NCBI GenBank assembly: GCA_958296135.2
Contig: CATQHZ020000001.1
Span: forward strand, 4,096,001-4,160,000
Origin: an uncultured Poribacteria bacterium
Lineage (GTDB): Bacteria; Poribacteria; WGA-4E; WGA-3G
Reading direction: 5' to 3'
Length of the DNA: 64,000 bases
The notes beneath the pieces are model-generated. The model was not told where the DNA came from. It made no database searches and was given only the letters and a program-made list of their open reading frames with translations. This document shows, piece after piece, positions 51,676-61,902 of this stretch; the first letter of the stretch is position 1; each line of letters opens with the position of its first letter. A program made the translations under genes and the position numbers.

Positions 51676-52707
51676 TTAAGGGACTGTTTTTTGGAACGGC
51701 ACCAGCATCTCACAAATCAGCAACAGGAGCGCGATTCCGACAAACAACTGGAACCGTTCCGCGTAGCCGCCATCGGAAGTCCCCACCTTGAATTTCCGCG
51801 TCGCCAACTGTGCGAGTTCTCCCGCAAGCCGCCCACTTTGCTGAGAGATTTCCGTTTCATGATAATAACGTCCGCGTCCCTGTTCGGCAACATCGCGCAG
51901 TGTCTCTTCGCCGAGTTCGGTTAGCACCAACTGTCCGTTGACATTCCGCTTATACCCGGTGCCGCTTGCGAGCGGAATAGGCGCGGGCTTCCCCGAATTT
52001 CCAATGCCGATGCAGTAAACATGCACGCCGGCACTCGCAGCTGCTTTTGCCGCTTCAATCGCTGTGTCCCCGTGGTCTTCGCCGTCTGTCCACAAGATTA
52101 ACGCTTTATGTGCACTGTCTCTTTCCTGTGTGGGCGCGTTTCCCCGGTCGGTGCGCGATTCCCTATTCAGGCGGGCAACGGCAGTTTCAATCGCATTTCC
52201 AATCTGCGTTCCGCTGTGAACGAGCGTCTTCGCCGCTATCGCCGACACGAATTCTTTGAGCGTAGAGGTATCGGTTGTCAAGGGACAGACGACGAAACTC
52301 GCCTCAGCAAACAGCAGCAACCCGATGCGGTGCCCCTGCATCTGTTCAATCAGCGCGAAAATGGCGCGTTTTGCGCGGCTCAATCGACTCGTTTCTTCCC
52401 CATCTTCGGCCAGCATACTCGTTGAAATATCAAGCGCGAGCATGATATCCACAGTCTGCCGTTGCACCGGTTCCCGTTTTTCGCCAAACTGCGGTTGCGC
52501 GGTAGCGAATGTTACGAGAAGATAGCTCGCCATTAGCAATCCTGCTTGGATTTTGCGCCTTCGTGCATAAGTCGGGTTGAGAATGCTGTGAAATCGTTCG
52601 CGCGCCTTCCGCTTCTGCCTTATCCCGAAGAGCGTTAAGAGGAAGATGGGCGGCACACTCCACAGCCAATGGAGGAATTCGGGAGAGCCAAAGTCAATCC
52701 AGGTCAT
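51676..52707 (-). CDS. vWA domain protein (BatB-like)
   Basis: F..PE.L..LW N-terminal motif; DIMLALDISTSM; TDGEDH; likely start ATG 52707. Confidence 0.85.
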   Translation of the reverse strand: MTWIDFGSPEFLHWLWSVPPIFLLTLFGIRQKRKARERFHSILNPTYARRRKIQAGLLMASYLLVTFATAQPQFGEKREPVQRQTVDIMLALDISTSMLAEDGEETSRLSRAKRAIFALIEQMQGHRIGLLLFAEASFVVCPLTTDTSTLKEFVSAIAAKTLVHSGTQIGNAIETAVARLNRESRTDRGNAPTQERDSAHKALILWTDGEDHGDTAIEAAKAAASAGVHVYCIGIGNSGKPAPIPLASGTGYKRNVNGQLVLTELGEETLRDVAEQGRGRYYHETEISQQSGRLAGELAQLATRKFKVGTSDGGYAERFQLFVGIALLLLICEMLVPFQKTVP

Positions 52708-52735
52708 GAGTGTCCCTTCAAACCCGCCTTTAACC

Positions 52736-52950
52736 GTAGCGCGAGGGCCGTCACGCCGAAACGCTGTCATCTCTGCCGCCTCGCTGCAGAGATGTCCACT
52801 GTCTCTCGCGATGCTCCGGCTGGGCGGCATGTTGAGGGACAGGCCCTCAACCTACGGCATTCCTGCCTTTAACCGTAGCGCGAGGGCCGTCACGCCGAAA
52901 CGCTGTCATCTCTGCCGCCTCGCTGCAGAGATGTCCACTGTCCCTCGCGA
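52736..52950. repeat. Two REP copies each interrupted by a 50-bp insert, with an inverted REP between them
   Basis: GTAGCGCGAGGGCC[50 bp]TGTC(T/C)CTCGCGA at 52736 and 52875. Confidence 0.85.
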
Positions 52951-52982
52951 TGCCCAGCCTGAGACAACCGCCGGCGGTTTCA

Positions 52983-53975
52983 TTAATTGCCTAATATCGT
53001 ATTGCGGATGCGTTCAAAAACCTCAACCGCGTAGTGGAGATGTTCCTGAGAGGCGATGTTAAAAGAGATGCCGAAATTCTTCACCGTCACATTCGGCAGA
53101 TTTGCGCGGCACTCCACAATGTGAAGCGGCGTAAAATCGCCATGGATATCTACCCGAAAGTGCGTTGCGCGTTTTGAGGGATAGGTATCTAACCACCAGC
53201 ATCCGCCGATAGTCATGCGGAGTTTTGCGATGCGCGGGCGGACTGTCGCGCCGCACGATGTAGCATACCCGAAGAACTCGGAGGCGACGTTGAGCAGCTC
53301 CTTGTTCGTCTCTAGCGTCTCCATAAACAGTTCCTGCGTCATAAACCGATGTGCAGTTTCCCGATACGTCCGTTCTTCCTCTTTCAGGACAGTCCCGCCG
53401 AGGACGGTTTCCGTGGCGACTAAAATTTCATCGGGCGCGTGGTAGGAAAAATAGGAGATATAGTTGATGTCAATGTTTAAACTCCGCATGTATTCGGCAA
53501 CTTCTAGTACGCGCGCGTCAACACCTTCGGAGACTAGCACCAGGCGTTGTTTCTGATTGAACGCCGATTTCGGGATATCGCCGATGGAATACTCGAAGAA
53601 CTCGCTATGCAGTGCCGCCAGCGACGTGAATTCTTTCCCCTGTTGTTGAAACCACCGGTAAGCCAGCTGCTCCAATTCAATGTAGACGAGTTGGGCTACG
53701 CCCGCGGCGTATTCCAAAATCTGCGCGATGGCGGTGCGCGATGGGCGGCCGCGCTTGAGCTCAATGATAACGCAGTTCCCCTGCCGGTCTAACGCCAGCA
53801 AATCGATCTTCTGTTTTGACGTGCTGAGGGGCGGCTGCCGGCTGATGACGCAAAGCGGCTCGCCGAGAACCAGCGTCGGATCTTGCTCCAGCAAGTCTTC
53901 AAAGTCCCGTTCCGCGCCGAAACGCAGCGGTTCAAGTCTCCCAAATTTTCTCTCTTCCCAGCGATAAACTTCCAT
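52983..53975 (-). CDS. NucS/DUF91-like PD-(D/E)xK endonuclease domain protein
   Basis: ERDFEDLL..IDLLALDRQGNCVIIELKR..AIAQILEY. Confidence 0.75.
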   Translation of the reverse strand: MEVYRWEERKFGRLEPLRFGAERDFEDLLEQDPTLVLGEPLCVISRQPPLSTSKQKIDLLALDRQGNCVIIELKRGRPSRTAIAQILEYAAGVAQLVYIELEQLAYRWFQQQGKEFTSLAALHSEFFEYSIGDIPKSAFNQKQRLVLVSEGVDARVLEVAEYMRSLNIDINYISYFSYHAPDEILVATETVLGGTVLKEEERTYRETAHRFMTQELFMETLETNKELLNVASEFFGYATSCGATVRPRIAKLRMTIGGCWWLDTYPSKRATHFRVDIHGDFTPLHIVECRANLPNVTVKNFGISFNIASQEHLHYAVEVFERIRNTILGN

Positions 53976-54048
53976 GTTTTTATTGCGTTTGGCAGCGGAC
54001 CCGGCTCTGCGTCTCGGCTGACGCGGGGTATGCCTTGGCTCAGATTGT

Positions 54049-55761
54049 TTACAAACTTAATTCCGCGTTCAACCACTCAATTCGTTGGCGATAGGCCGCC
54101 ACTTCTGCCGTGATGCGTGCTGCATCCCATTCGGAGAACGCTCCGAGAAATCGCGCTATCTTGGGTGCGATGTCAACGCCTTGCCCCGCTGTCAATCCGA
54201 TGCGGGTGCGCCGCCAGAGGAAATCTTCCAGATTCATCGCCATTTCTCCCCAAAATGCGTAGCGGACTTCCGCCTTCACGAACGGAAAGGCTGCTGTCAA
54301 GGCTTCTGAAAGGGTTGCATCTTCAGCCATCCACTTCCGGATGACATCGGCACCTGCGTCGCCATACCGCCGAATAAGGCGCGTTACTGCGGGATTACAC
54401 CCCTCGCCTACCGGCGCTAAGTTCAGTAACGGCAGTGTTGCTGTTTGACAGTGCCGCGCGATGCCCAGTTTTTCTGCAAGCCTGTCCACCGTTTCCTCCG
54501 CTATTTGTCGATGCGTCGTGAATTTCCCGCCGTAGATATAGATAACCCCGCTCGCGCTTTCAGCTATGGTATGCCCTCTTGAAACGTAGTCTCCGTAAGA
54601 TAGAGGGAGGTATCCGCGTCTTTTCTGGGCGATGAGGGGCCGCACGCCCGCGTAAGCGGAAATAACGTCGGAGCGGTTTAACGCGGCGTTCGGAAAAACT
54701 CGCTTTGCTCCCGCCAATAAATAGTCCACTTCCGCAGCAGTGGGACGGACAGCGTCTGGTGCTCCCTCCGGATGCGTTTCGGTGGTGCCGAGGAGCAACA
54801 GGTTTTGGTATCCGTTCGTCGTCTCTCCGGCACTCGCACCCACCGGCAAGAGAAAAATAACACGCGGTTTTCCCTGATGCGATTTCTCTGAACGCGTGAG
54901 CGTCGCGATGCCGTAGTGACTCCCCGGCACGCGCGGCACAAGGATGTGAATCCCTTTCGCTTTCTGGGTTGTTAACTTCGGCACGCCATCATGGCACTGC
55001 TCCTTCTCCCACACCTTGTCTGTCCATGGGCCTGTTGCTGAGACGATGTGCTTCGCGCGCACCTCAAATTCATCGCCCGTGAGACTATCTGCAACTTGAA
55101 CAACTGTTTCAGCCCTGGTTTGTCGCACAAAGTTAAGAAAACGGACGTAGTTGGCAACTCTCGCGCCGTGCGTATGTGCATCCTTCAGCGTGAGCAGGCA
55201 CAACCGGGCATCATCCACCGTGCTATCCCAAATGACAGCGGCCCCCTTCAACCCCGCTGTCTCAATCGGACCGAGGTGCCGCTGAATTTCCACAACATCG
55301 CGGATAACCTCAGCCTTCTCCCTCCTATCTGTCTGCGAAAGATGGTTATAGAAATGCGCCGCCATCTGGATGCCTGTGAGAGGATACCTATCGCCAGCGT
55401 AACAGAGGATAGCGATAGGCAGCGGCCTGACAACGTTCGGCGCAATGCGTAACAGCACCTCGCGTTCCCGCCGCGCCTCCTTCACCAGCGCAATGTCGCC
55501 TTTGGACAGATACCGAAATCCGCCATGCACCAACTGCGAGGTAGCACTACTCGTCCCGCTGCCAAAATCGCCTTGCTCAATGAGCCCGGCGCTGATGCCG
55601 CCGTTCAGTGCCAAATCACGGATAATGCCCGCGCCGACGATTCCCCCACCAATGACAAGCACGTCTAAGTGCGCTGTCTTTAAGGTTTCTATATTTTCGG
55701 CGCGAGTGCGAGCAGAAAATTCTGTATTTTTGTTGTTCACAAGGCGTTGTGCTGCTTCCAT
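54049..55761 (-). CDS. glpD: FAD-dependent glycerol-3-phosphate dehydrogenase
   Basis: DVLVIGGGIVG, GTSS..S.LVHGG.RYL, DDARL, GVRPL, GGKFTT.R. Confidence 0.85.
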   Translation of the reverse strand: MEAAQRLVNNKNTEFSARTRAENIETLKTAHLDVLVIGGGIVGAGIIRDLALNGGISAGLIEQGDFGSGTSSATSQLVHGGFRYLSKGDIALVKEARREREVLLRIAPNVVRPLPIAILCYAGDRYPLTGIQMAAHFYNHLSQTDRREKAEVIRDVVEIQRHLGPIETAGLKGAAVIWDSTVDDARLCLLTLKDAHTHGARVANYVRFLNFVRQTRAETVVQVADSLTGDEFEVRAKHIVSATGPWTDKVWEKEQCHDGVPKLTTQKAKGIHILVPRVPGSHYGIATLTRSEKSHQGKPRVIFLLPVGASAGETTNGYQNLLLLGTTETHPEGAPDAVRPTAAEVDYLLAGAKRVFPNAALNRSDVISAYAGVRPLIAQKRRGYLPLSYGDYVSRGHTIAESASGVIYIYGGKFTTHRQIAEETVDRLAEKLGIARHCQTATLPLLNLAPVGEGCNPAVTRLIRRYGDAGADVIRKWMAEDATLSEALTAAFPFVKAEVRYAFWGEMAMNLEDFLWRRTRIGLTAGQGVDIAPKIARFLGAFSEWDAARITAEVAAYRQRIEWLNAELSL

Positions 55762-55889
55762 TTGGCAAATCCGCTTGACTGAGCGGTTCGCATTGACGTT
55801 GTCAATACTTACGTTTCTGCCTCAATCCAAACCTATTAAAGGCGGCACGACACGAGAGCTCCCTCGCGCACCGAGTATCCAGCAACTTT

Positions 55890-57293
55890 TCATTTCACGT
55901 TTTCAATTCCCCGCGCATAGCGGGCCAGCGGTTCCGCATGCGCGACACTCTTGCGGATGGCAGTGAGAACGCCTGCCGCCGCGTGCGGCACAGGGTTCGT
56001 CAACAACGGCAAGAACACCAACCGGGAACAGGCTTTCTCGGTGACAGGCAATGCGCCGACGGAATACCCTTCATACGTTCCACCCATCGCTGGCGTGCAG
56101 AGTGCGCCGCGTCCCTCTGTGTAAATGTCAAGGCCCTGCGCGAATAAGGGCAGCGTGTGCAGTAACGGATACGGATTGCTATTTGTTGACATGCCTCCTG
56201 AAAAAACCGGCACGCCATCTCCTACCACAGCAGGATAAGGGTTGTTATTCGCCAAGACTCCCTCTTTGCGGAGCGCATCGGCGAAGACTTGTGCAGGAAG
56301 GCCGTGCAGCTCTTCTTCGCGATAGTGAACAGGAAACCCGAAGAACCCCGCCGGTTCCGCGCCCGGATATCTTGAAACGGAATGCACACCCGGCACCTCT
56401 CGCAAGCCATTTGAAATTTCGTCAATATAGGCGCGGCGGCCAGCATTGAGCGCATCCAACTTCTGCATCTGCACCGAGGCAATCCCGATGGCCAGCGGGT
56501 GCGCGCGAAACTTAACGCCGAGCCCCATCATCGGGAGGTACGCGTAGTTTCGATGTTCTGCATCAATATCCACTGTCCTGTTGACTTGGCCGAGCAGACA
56601 AGCGCGTTCAAAAAGCGCAGCACTATTTGTCGCCAGCATGCCGCCTTCGCCGGCACTGACTGATTTGCTCCCTTGTAAACTCCACGCACCCGCGTGCGCG
56701 ATGCTACCGCACGGCGTGCCTTTGTAAGTTGCCCCGTGCGCGTGCGAACAATCTTCAATAACAGGCACCCCAGTCTCTTCGCTGAGTGCCATCAGCGCAT
56801 CCATGTCGCAAACGTTGCCCCACAGATGCACGGCGATAATTGCCTTCGTGCGTTCAGTAATACGCCCCCGAACATCGGCGACATCGATGAGCAACGTGCT
56901 CGGGTCCACTTCACAGAAGACCGGCTTTGCCATCAACATCAGCGCGGGAGTGATGGAACCCATCCACGTGTAAGTCGGACAGATTACCTCATCGCCAGGG
57001 CCAACCCCAAGCCCGAACATCGCGCTATGAATCGCCGCTGTGCCGTTGACAACGCTTATCGCGAAGCGCGTCTGATGCCGTTCACGCCACATCGCCTCAA
57101 ATGCTTGAACGGTGGGCGACGCACCCGACAATTCATTGCGCAGCGTCATCTCATACGCAATCTGCGCCTCTGCCTCCGTCATTTGGTGCCACTGCTCCAA
57201 TCGAGGAAAGGGGGCCTCTGGCGTTCTTTCAAAGACAGGCGTGCCGCCGAGGGCGGCCGGTATTTCTGCTGAAGATTGTTTTAAATGCGACAT
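55890..57293 (-). CDS. DegT/DnrJ/EryC1/StrS aminotransferase
   Basis: NGTAAI, PGDEVI, IEDCSHAHG, SLQGSK..GEGG. Confidence 0.9.
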   Translation of the reverse strand: MSHLKQSSAEIPAALGGTPVFERTPEAPFPRLEQWHQMTEAEAQIAYEMTLRNELSGASPTVQAFEAMWRERHQTRFAISVVNGTAAIHSAMFGLGVGPGDEVICPTYTWMGSITPALMLMAKPVFCEVDPSTLLIDVADVRGRITERTKAIIAVHLWGNVCDMDALMALSEETGVPVIEDCSHAHGATYKGTPCGSIAHAGAWSLQGSKSVSAGEGGMLATNSAALFERACLLGQVNRTVDIDAEHRNYAYLPMMGLGVKFRAHPLAIGIASVQMQKLDALNAGRRAYIDEISNGLREVPGVHSVSRYPGAEPAGFFGFPVHYREEELHGLPAQVFADALRKEGVLANNNPYPAVVGDGVPVFSGGMSTNSNPYPLLHTLPLFAQGLDIYTEGRGALCTPAMGGTYEGYSVGALPVTEKACSRLVFLPLLTNPVPHAAAGVLTAIRKSVAHAEPLARYARGIENVK

Positions 57294-57338
57294 TTGTGGT
57301 ATAATAAATTCATATTTTGTGTCATAATACTTACGTTT

Positions 57339-57367
57339 ATGATAACATTTCTCAAAATTTTTGTCAA
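57339..57367 (-). promoter_or_regulatory. sigma70-type promoter
   Basis: Minus strand TTGACA-17 bp-TATCAT. Confidence 0.65.
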
Positions 57368-57584
57368 ATTTATTAACGATTGAGCTGCCCCTACTGTAGT
57401 TTACGCTCGCCCCATCGCAAACAGTGGGCATCTCTCCAGGTCCCGCAGAGATGACAACGTTAAGGCGTAACGTTCAAGCTCAGGCGAGCTGGTTTCCCTA
57501 CGCGGACCGGACGGTGGTTTCCAATTTTTTCGTTTCAGCAGTGAAAACTAAAACTAAATCGCACTGACACCTGAAACTTTGCTA

Positions 57585-58649
57585 ATGCCGAAGAATATCC
57601 GAAACGTCTCTCATTTTTTGCGACAATTGCTGCGGAATTTTATCCCATCGCTCATCGCGCTCTGCGGATTTTTCCTGCTCTGTGGGCTCGTGCTGCTCGT
57701 GAGGGGACAGAATCCGCTGGAGTTCTACTCTGTCATCCTCGTCAGTGGCTTCGCCACTTTCGACGACTTCGGCTACGTGCTGTTTAACGCAACGCCGCTG
57801 ATTTTCACCGGGCTCGCTGTCGCCATCGGCTACAAAGGTGGGCTGTTTAACATCGGGTGTGAAGGACAACTCTACGTCGCCGCCTTCGCCGCTACATGGA
57901 TAGGCATGTTTCTGAAGCTGCCATCTGTCGCGTTAATCCCATTCTGCGTGGGCGCGGCGTTCATGGCAGGGGCTTTCTGGGGCGCGGTGCCGGGATTCTT
58001 GAAAGCGAAATACGGCACACACGAAGTTATCAACACGATTATGATGAACTTCATCGCCTTCGCGTTGATGAATTACCTCGTCACATCCGTTTACCAAGAA
58101 CCGAATCAGATGAATCCGCAAACGCCGCCGATTCATGAAGCGGCGCGCCTCCCGCGGTTAGCAAGCGTGCTGCCGTTCGTTACACAGAGTAACCCGCTCA
58201 ACGCCAGTTTCCTATTCGCCTGCGGTTGCGTTATCCTCTGCCATATTTTCTTATCACATACCCGATGGGGATACGAGCTCCGTTTAGTAGGGAACGCGCC
58301 AGACGTTGCCACTTATGGCGGCATCAACACACGCGCCGTGATTGTGTGGACACTGGCGCTCAGCGGCGCGCTCGCGGGAATGGCGGGTGTCACCGAAGTG
58401 ATGGGATACCGCTACCGGTATTTGGATAGCTTCTCACCCGGCTGGGGTTTCACCGGCATTGCTGTCGCGCTCTTGGGCAGAAATCATCCGTTCGGCGTTT
58501 TGGCGGCGGCACTGCTGTTCGGATTACTCAGCAAAGTCGCATTAGATATTGAGATTCTACTGAATGTGCCGCGCGGGCTATTTCTCGCCGGGCAAGGGCT
58601 GCTGATTATCTGTCTCGTCAGCATCGATGGATTTTCTCGCAAACCGTAG
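57585..58649 (+). CDS. Nucleoside ABC transporter permease (NupB-like)
   Basis: ATPLIFTGLAVA..GLFNIG.EGQ; HEVI.TIMMN; GFTGIAVALLG. Confidence 0.88.
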   Translation: MPKNIRNVSHFLRQLLRNFIPSLIALCGFFLLCGLVLLVRGQNPLEFYSVILVSGFATFDDFGYVLFNATPLIFTGLAVAIGYKGGLFNIGCEGQLYVAAFAATWIGMFLKLPSVALIPFCVGAAFMAGAFWGAVPGFLKAKYGTHEVINTIMMNFIAFALMNYLVTSVYQEPNQMNPQTPPIHEAARLPRLASVLPFVTQSNPLNASFLFACGCVILCHIFLSHTRWGYELRLVGNAPDVATYGGINTRAVIVWTLALSGALAGMAGVTEVMGYRYRYLDSFSPGWGFTGIAVALLGRNHPFGVLAAALLFGLLSKVALDIEILLNVPRGLFLAGQGLLIICLVSIDGFSRKP

Positions 58650-58727
58650 GTAGGCTAGGGCGCATTGAAAGCGCGCTTTTTGGATTGTAAGGGCGGATGT
58701 CTCTATCCCCGCCCATGCTGAAAAAAA

Positions 58728-59570
58728 ATGGTTCTTGAACTCATTCCAACCACATTACGAATGACAACACCGCTCGGATTCGCCGCCCTCGGCGGGATTT
58801 ACTCCGAACGTTCCGGCATCATTAACATCGCGCTCGAAGGCATGATGCTCATCGGCGCGTTCGGCTATGTCATCGGCACACAAGCATCGGGCTCAACGTG
58901 GATAGGCATGCTCGTCGGCATCGGCTTCGGGATAGCGTTAGCACTGCTACACGCTGTCGCCACCGTCACCTTTCACGCCGAGCAGATTGTGTGCGGCGTG
59001 GCGATTAACATTCTGGCGTTGGGCATCACCGAGTTTATTTTGCCGACATCGGGACGCGTAGCGGGACTGCCACAGTGGCAGGTGCCGATTATCGGTTCGT
59101 ATAGTTTCCTTGTCTATCTCGTGCCAATGCTGATGGGGATAAGTCACATTTTCCTCTTTAAAACGCCGTGGGGGTTGCGGTTGCGCGCCGCAGGCGAATC
59201 GACAGAAACACTCGCCACGCTCAGTCTGAGCCGCGCCGCGTGGCAATATGCTGCCGTTATTTTAAGTGGCATCCTCACCGCGACAGGTGGCTGTTTTCTG
59301 GCATCTGAAGTCCACTATTTTACCAAGGGGATGACAGCCGGGCGCGGCTATGTCGCACTTGCTGCTGTCGTCTTCGGGAATTGGCGGCCGTTAAGCGGCG
59401 TTGCAGCGTGCCTTCTGTTCGGCTTCGCTGCCGCTTTTGAGCTTGCAAACCAGTGGAATATTCCCGTGCAGTTGCTCAATAGTTTGCCCTATATTTTAAC
59501 GATGGTGGTGCTTGCGGGATTGGTAGGCAAATCACGTCCGCCTGCCAGTTTAGGGAAGATGCGCACGTAA
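58728..59570 (+). CDS. Nucleoside ABC transporter permease (NupC-like)
   Basis: SERSGIINIALEG; GLRLRAAGE; GRGYVALAA..FGNWRP. Confidence 0.88.
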   Translation: MVLELIPTTLRMTTPLGFAALGGIYSERSGIINIALEGMMLIGAFGYVIGTQASGSTWIGMLVGIGFGIALALLHAVATVTFHAEQIVCGVAINILALGITEFILPTSGRVAGLPQWQVPIIGSYSFLVYLVPMLMGISHIFLFKTPWGLRLRAAGESTETLATLSLSRAAWQYAAVILSGILTATGGCFLASEVHYFTKGMTAGRGYVALAAVVFGNWRPLSGVAACLLFGFAAAFELANQWNIPVQLLNSLPYILTMVVLAGLVGKSRPPASLGKMRT

Positions 59571-59644
59571 AAAAGTCGCATTTTTTGTGCGGATCCGGTA
59601 GACTCTTTGCCATCACAGTAAATTCTCTGGAAGGAACCGAAAAA

Positions 59645-61786
59645 ATGGTGAAACAGTTTTGTCTCCTCATTGTTATATTGATTGTGTCCCTCAGTTGTTC
59701 GTGCGCGCCGGAAGTGACGATGCCGGATGAGAATTTGGCTGCCGCTGTCCGCGCCAAACTGGGCCTCAAACCAGCGGCTCGTATTACGCAACAGGCATTG
59801 GCGAAATTGACGCAGTTGCATGCTGGCGACAAAGAAATTGCTGTCCTGACCGGGTTGGAACACGCCACGAATTTAAAGACCCTCTTCATTGGGTTTAACC
59901 AAATCCGCGACATCACGCCACTCGCGCAATTGCCGAACTTGAGGGAGTTATGGCTCTCTGATAATCCGCTAAGCGACATCACGCAGGTTACACAGCTGAC
60001 AAACCTGTCGGCGTTAGAGCTCGGCGTGAATCAAATTGACGATGTTACGCCGCTGATACAAATGACGAACCTCACGTCGTTGTTCCTCTTTCGTAACCCC
60101 ATAAGTGACCTCACGCCGCTGACACAAATGACGAACCTCACGTCGCTAATACTCAGTATGTGTCAAATTGAGGACACCACGCCATTCGCGAAAATGACAC
60201 ACTTAAGGGAGTTAGCCCTCGGTGGAAATCGTATTCGCGATATCACACCGCTCGCACAATTGGCGAACTTAACGACGTTATGGCTCTACCAGAACCAAAT
60301 TAGCGATATCGCGCCGCTTGCGCAGTTGGCAGAATTAAGGGATTTAGCCCTCGGGCAAAATCAAATTCAGGACATTGCACCGCTGACTCAACTGCCGCAA
60401 CTCACGAAGTTATGGCTCTCAGCGAATCAAATTCAGGACATTACGCCGCTCGCAAGAATGACGCAGTTAACGGCGTTAGGACTTGACCGGAATCAAATTC
60501 GGGACATTACGCTCCTTGCGCAATTGACGAACCTAACGCAGTTATGGCTCTCAGCGAATCAAATTCAGGACATTACGCCGCTGGAGCAATTGACGAACCT
60601 AACGGAGTTACGGCTCTCAGCGAATCAAATTCAGGACATTACGCCGCTGGAGCAACTGACGCACTTAGAGGTTTTACGGCTCGGGACAAATTCAATTAGC
60701 GACATCGCACCGCTCGCGCAATTGACGAATCTCACGGAATTATCTCTCGCTTGGCTTCAAATCAGTGACATCACGCCGCTCGCGAACATAACACGCTTAA
60801 GTCACTTATTTCTTGAAGCGAATCAAAGTCGCGACATTACACCGCTTGCGAACATGAGGGACTTAAAGTCGTTATCTCTCTCGGGCAATCAGATTGAGGA
60901 CATCGCACCGCTAGCACAATTGACGAACTTAACGGAGTTAAATCTCTGGCGAACGCAAATCCGCGATATTACGCCACTCGCACAATTGACGCAACTCACG
61001 ACGTTGAACCTCAGCGAGAATTCACTCAGCGATATGACGCTGCTGACGCAACTGCCGCAACTCACGAAGTTGTTTCTCGACGAGAATTCACTCAGCGATA
61101 TTACGTTCCTGTCACAACTGCCGCAACTTAGGTTGTTAAGCCTCCGCGAAAATCAAATTCGTGATATTACGCCACTCGCGAACATGAAGGACTTATGGAA
61201 CCTAGATCTCGGGGGAAATGAGATTAGCGATATTAGCCCGATTACGCAATTGCTGAAGTTAAACATGTTAGATCTTGATGAAAATCAAGTCAGCGACATT
61301 AGCCCACTCACGCAATTGCCGAAGTTAGACATGTTAGATCTTGATGAAAATCAAGTCAGCGACATTAGCCCACTCACGCAATTGCCGAAGTTAACGAGTT
61401 TATCGCTCCGGAGTAATCAAGTCAGCGACATTACCTCGCTACCGCAATTCCCGAAGTTGACACTAGTCACTCTCGATGCGAACCCAATTGTAGACATTAC
61501 CCCACTCGCGAAAATGGGGCAACTCACCTGGTTATCTCTCGCCGATAGCCAAATCAGCGATGTTATCTCGCTTGCGCAACTGAAGCATCTCACGCACTTA
61601 TTTCTCAAGGATAACCACATTGCAGACGTTACGCCGCTCGCCGGATTGGTAAGTCTGAAGAAGCTAGAACTTGAGGGAAACCCCATCGTGGATAGGGCAC
61701 CACTCCGCGCGCTCCTCAAGCAAAATCCCGACATGACAATCGATATTGATGTCAGTGAGACAGACACCCCGCCGACAACCGAATAG
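59645..61786 (+). CDS. Internalin-like leucine-rich repeat (lipo)protein
   Basis: Signal with Cys; PD.NL cap; about 28-29 22-aa repeats LTNLTxLxLxxNQIxDITPLAQ. Confidence 0.92.
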   Translation: MVKQFCLLIVILIVSLSCSCAPEVTMPDENLAAAVRAKLGLKPAARITQQALAKLTQLHAGDKEIAVLTGLEHATNLKTLFIGFNQIRDITPLAQLPNLRELWLSDNPLSDITQVTQLTNLSALELGVNQIDDVTPLIQMTNLTSLFLFRNPISDLTPLTQMTNLTSLILSMCQIEDTTPFAKMTHLRELALGGNRIRDITPLAQLANLTTLWLYQNQISDIAPLAQLAELRDLALGQNQIQDIAPLTQLPQLTKLWLSANQIQDITPLARMTQLTALGLDRNQIRDITLLAQLTNLTQLWLSANQIQDITPLEQLTNLTELRLSANQIQDITPLEQLTHLEVLRLGTNSISDIAPLAQLTNLTELSLAWLQISDITPLANITRLSHLFLEANQSRDITPLANMRDLKSLSLSGNQIEDIAPLAQLTNLTELNLWRTQIRDITPLAQLTQLTTLNLSENSLSDMTLLTQLPQLTKLFLDENSLSDITFLSQLPQLRLLSLRENQIRDITPLANMKDLWNLDLGGNEISDISPITQLLKLNMLDLDENQVSDISPLTQLPKLDMLDLDENQVSDISPLTQLPKLTSLSLRSNQVSDITSLPQFPKLTLVTLDANPIVDITPLAKMGQLTWLSLADSQISDVISLAQLKHLTHLFLKDNHIADVTPLAGLVSLKKLELEGNPIVDRAPLRALLKQNPDMTIDIDVSETDTPPTTE

Positions 61787-61804
61787 CCCAGACTGCAGCA
61801 GCAC

Positions 61805-61879
61805 GGCAAGGGACAGGCCCTCCCTCTACGGCAGCAAAGAACCTCCCGTCACCGTAGCGCGGGGGCCTGTCCCCCGCGA
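61805..61879. repeat. REP pair between convergent genes
   Basis: GGCAAGGGACAGGCCCTCCCTCTAC and GTAGCGCGGGGGCCTGTCCCCCGCGA. Confidence 0.8.
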
Positions 61880-61902
61880 TGAATTGCTGCGGCGCAGAGA
61901 GG

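Noticed and set aside
50777-51924. Several ORFs over the repeat array (MRPEHREGQALALR..., MLFPRSARACPSR...)
   Set aside because: They are translations of the REP repeats, with no RBS or domain signal.
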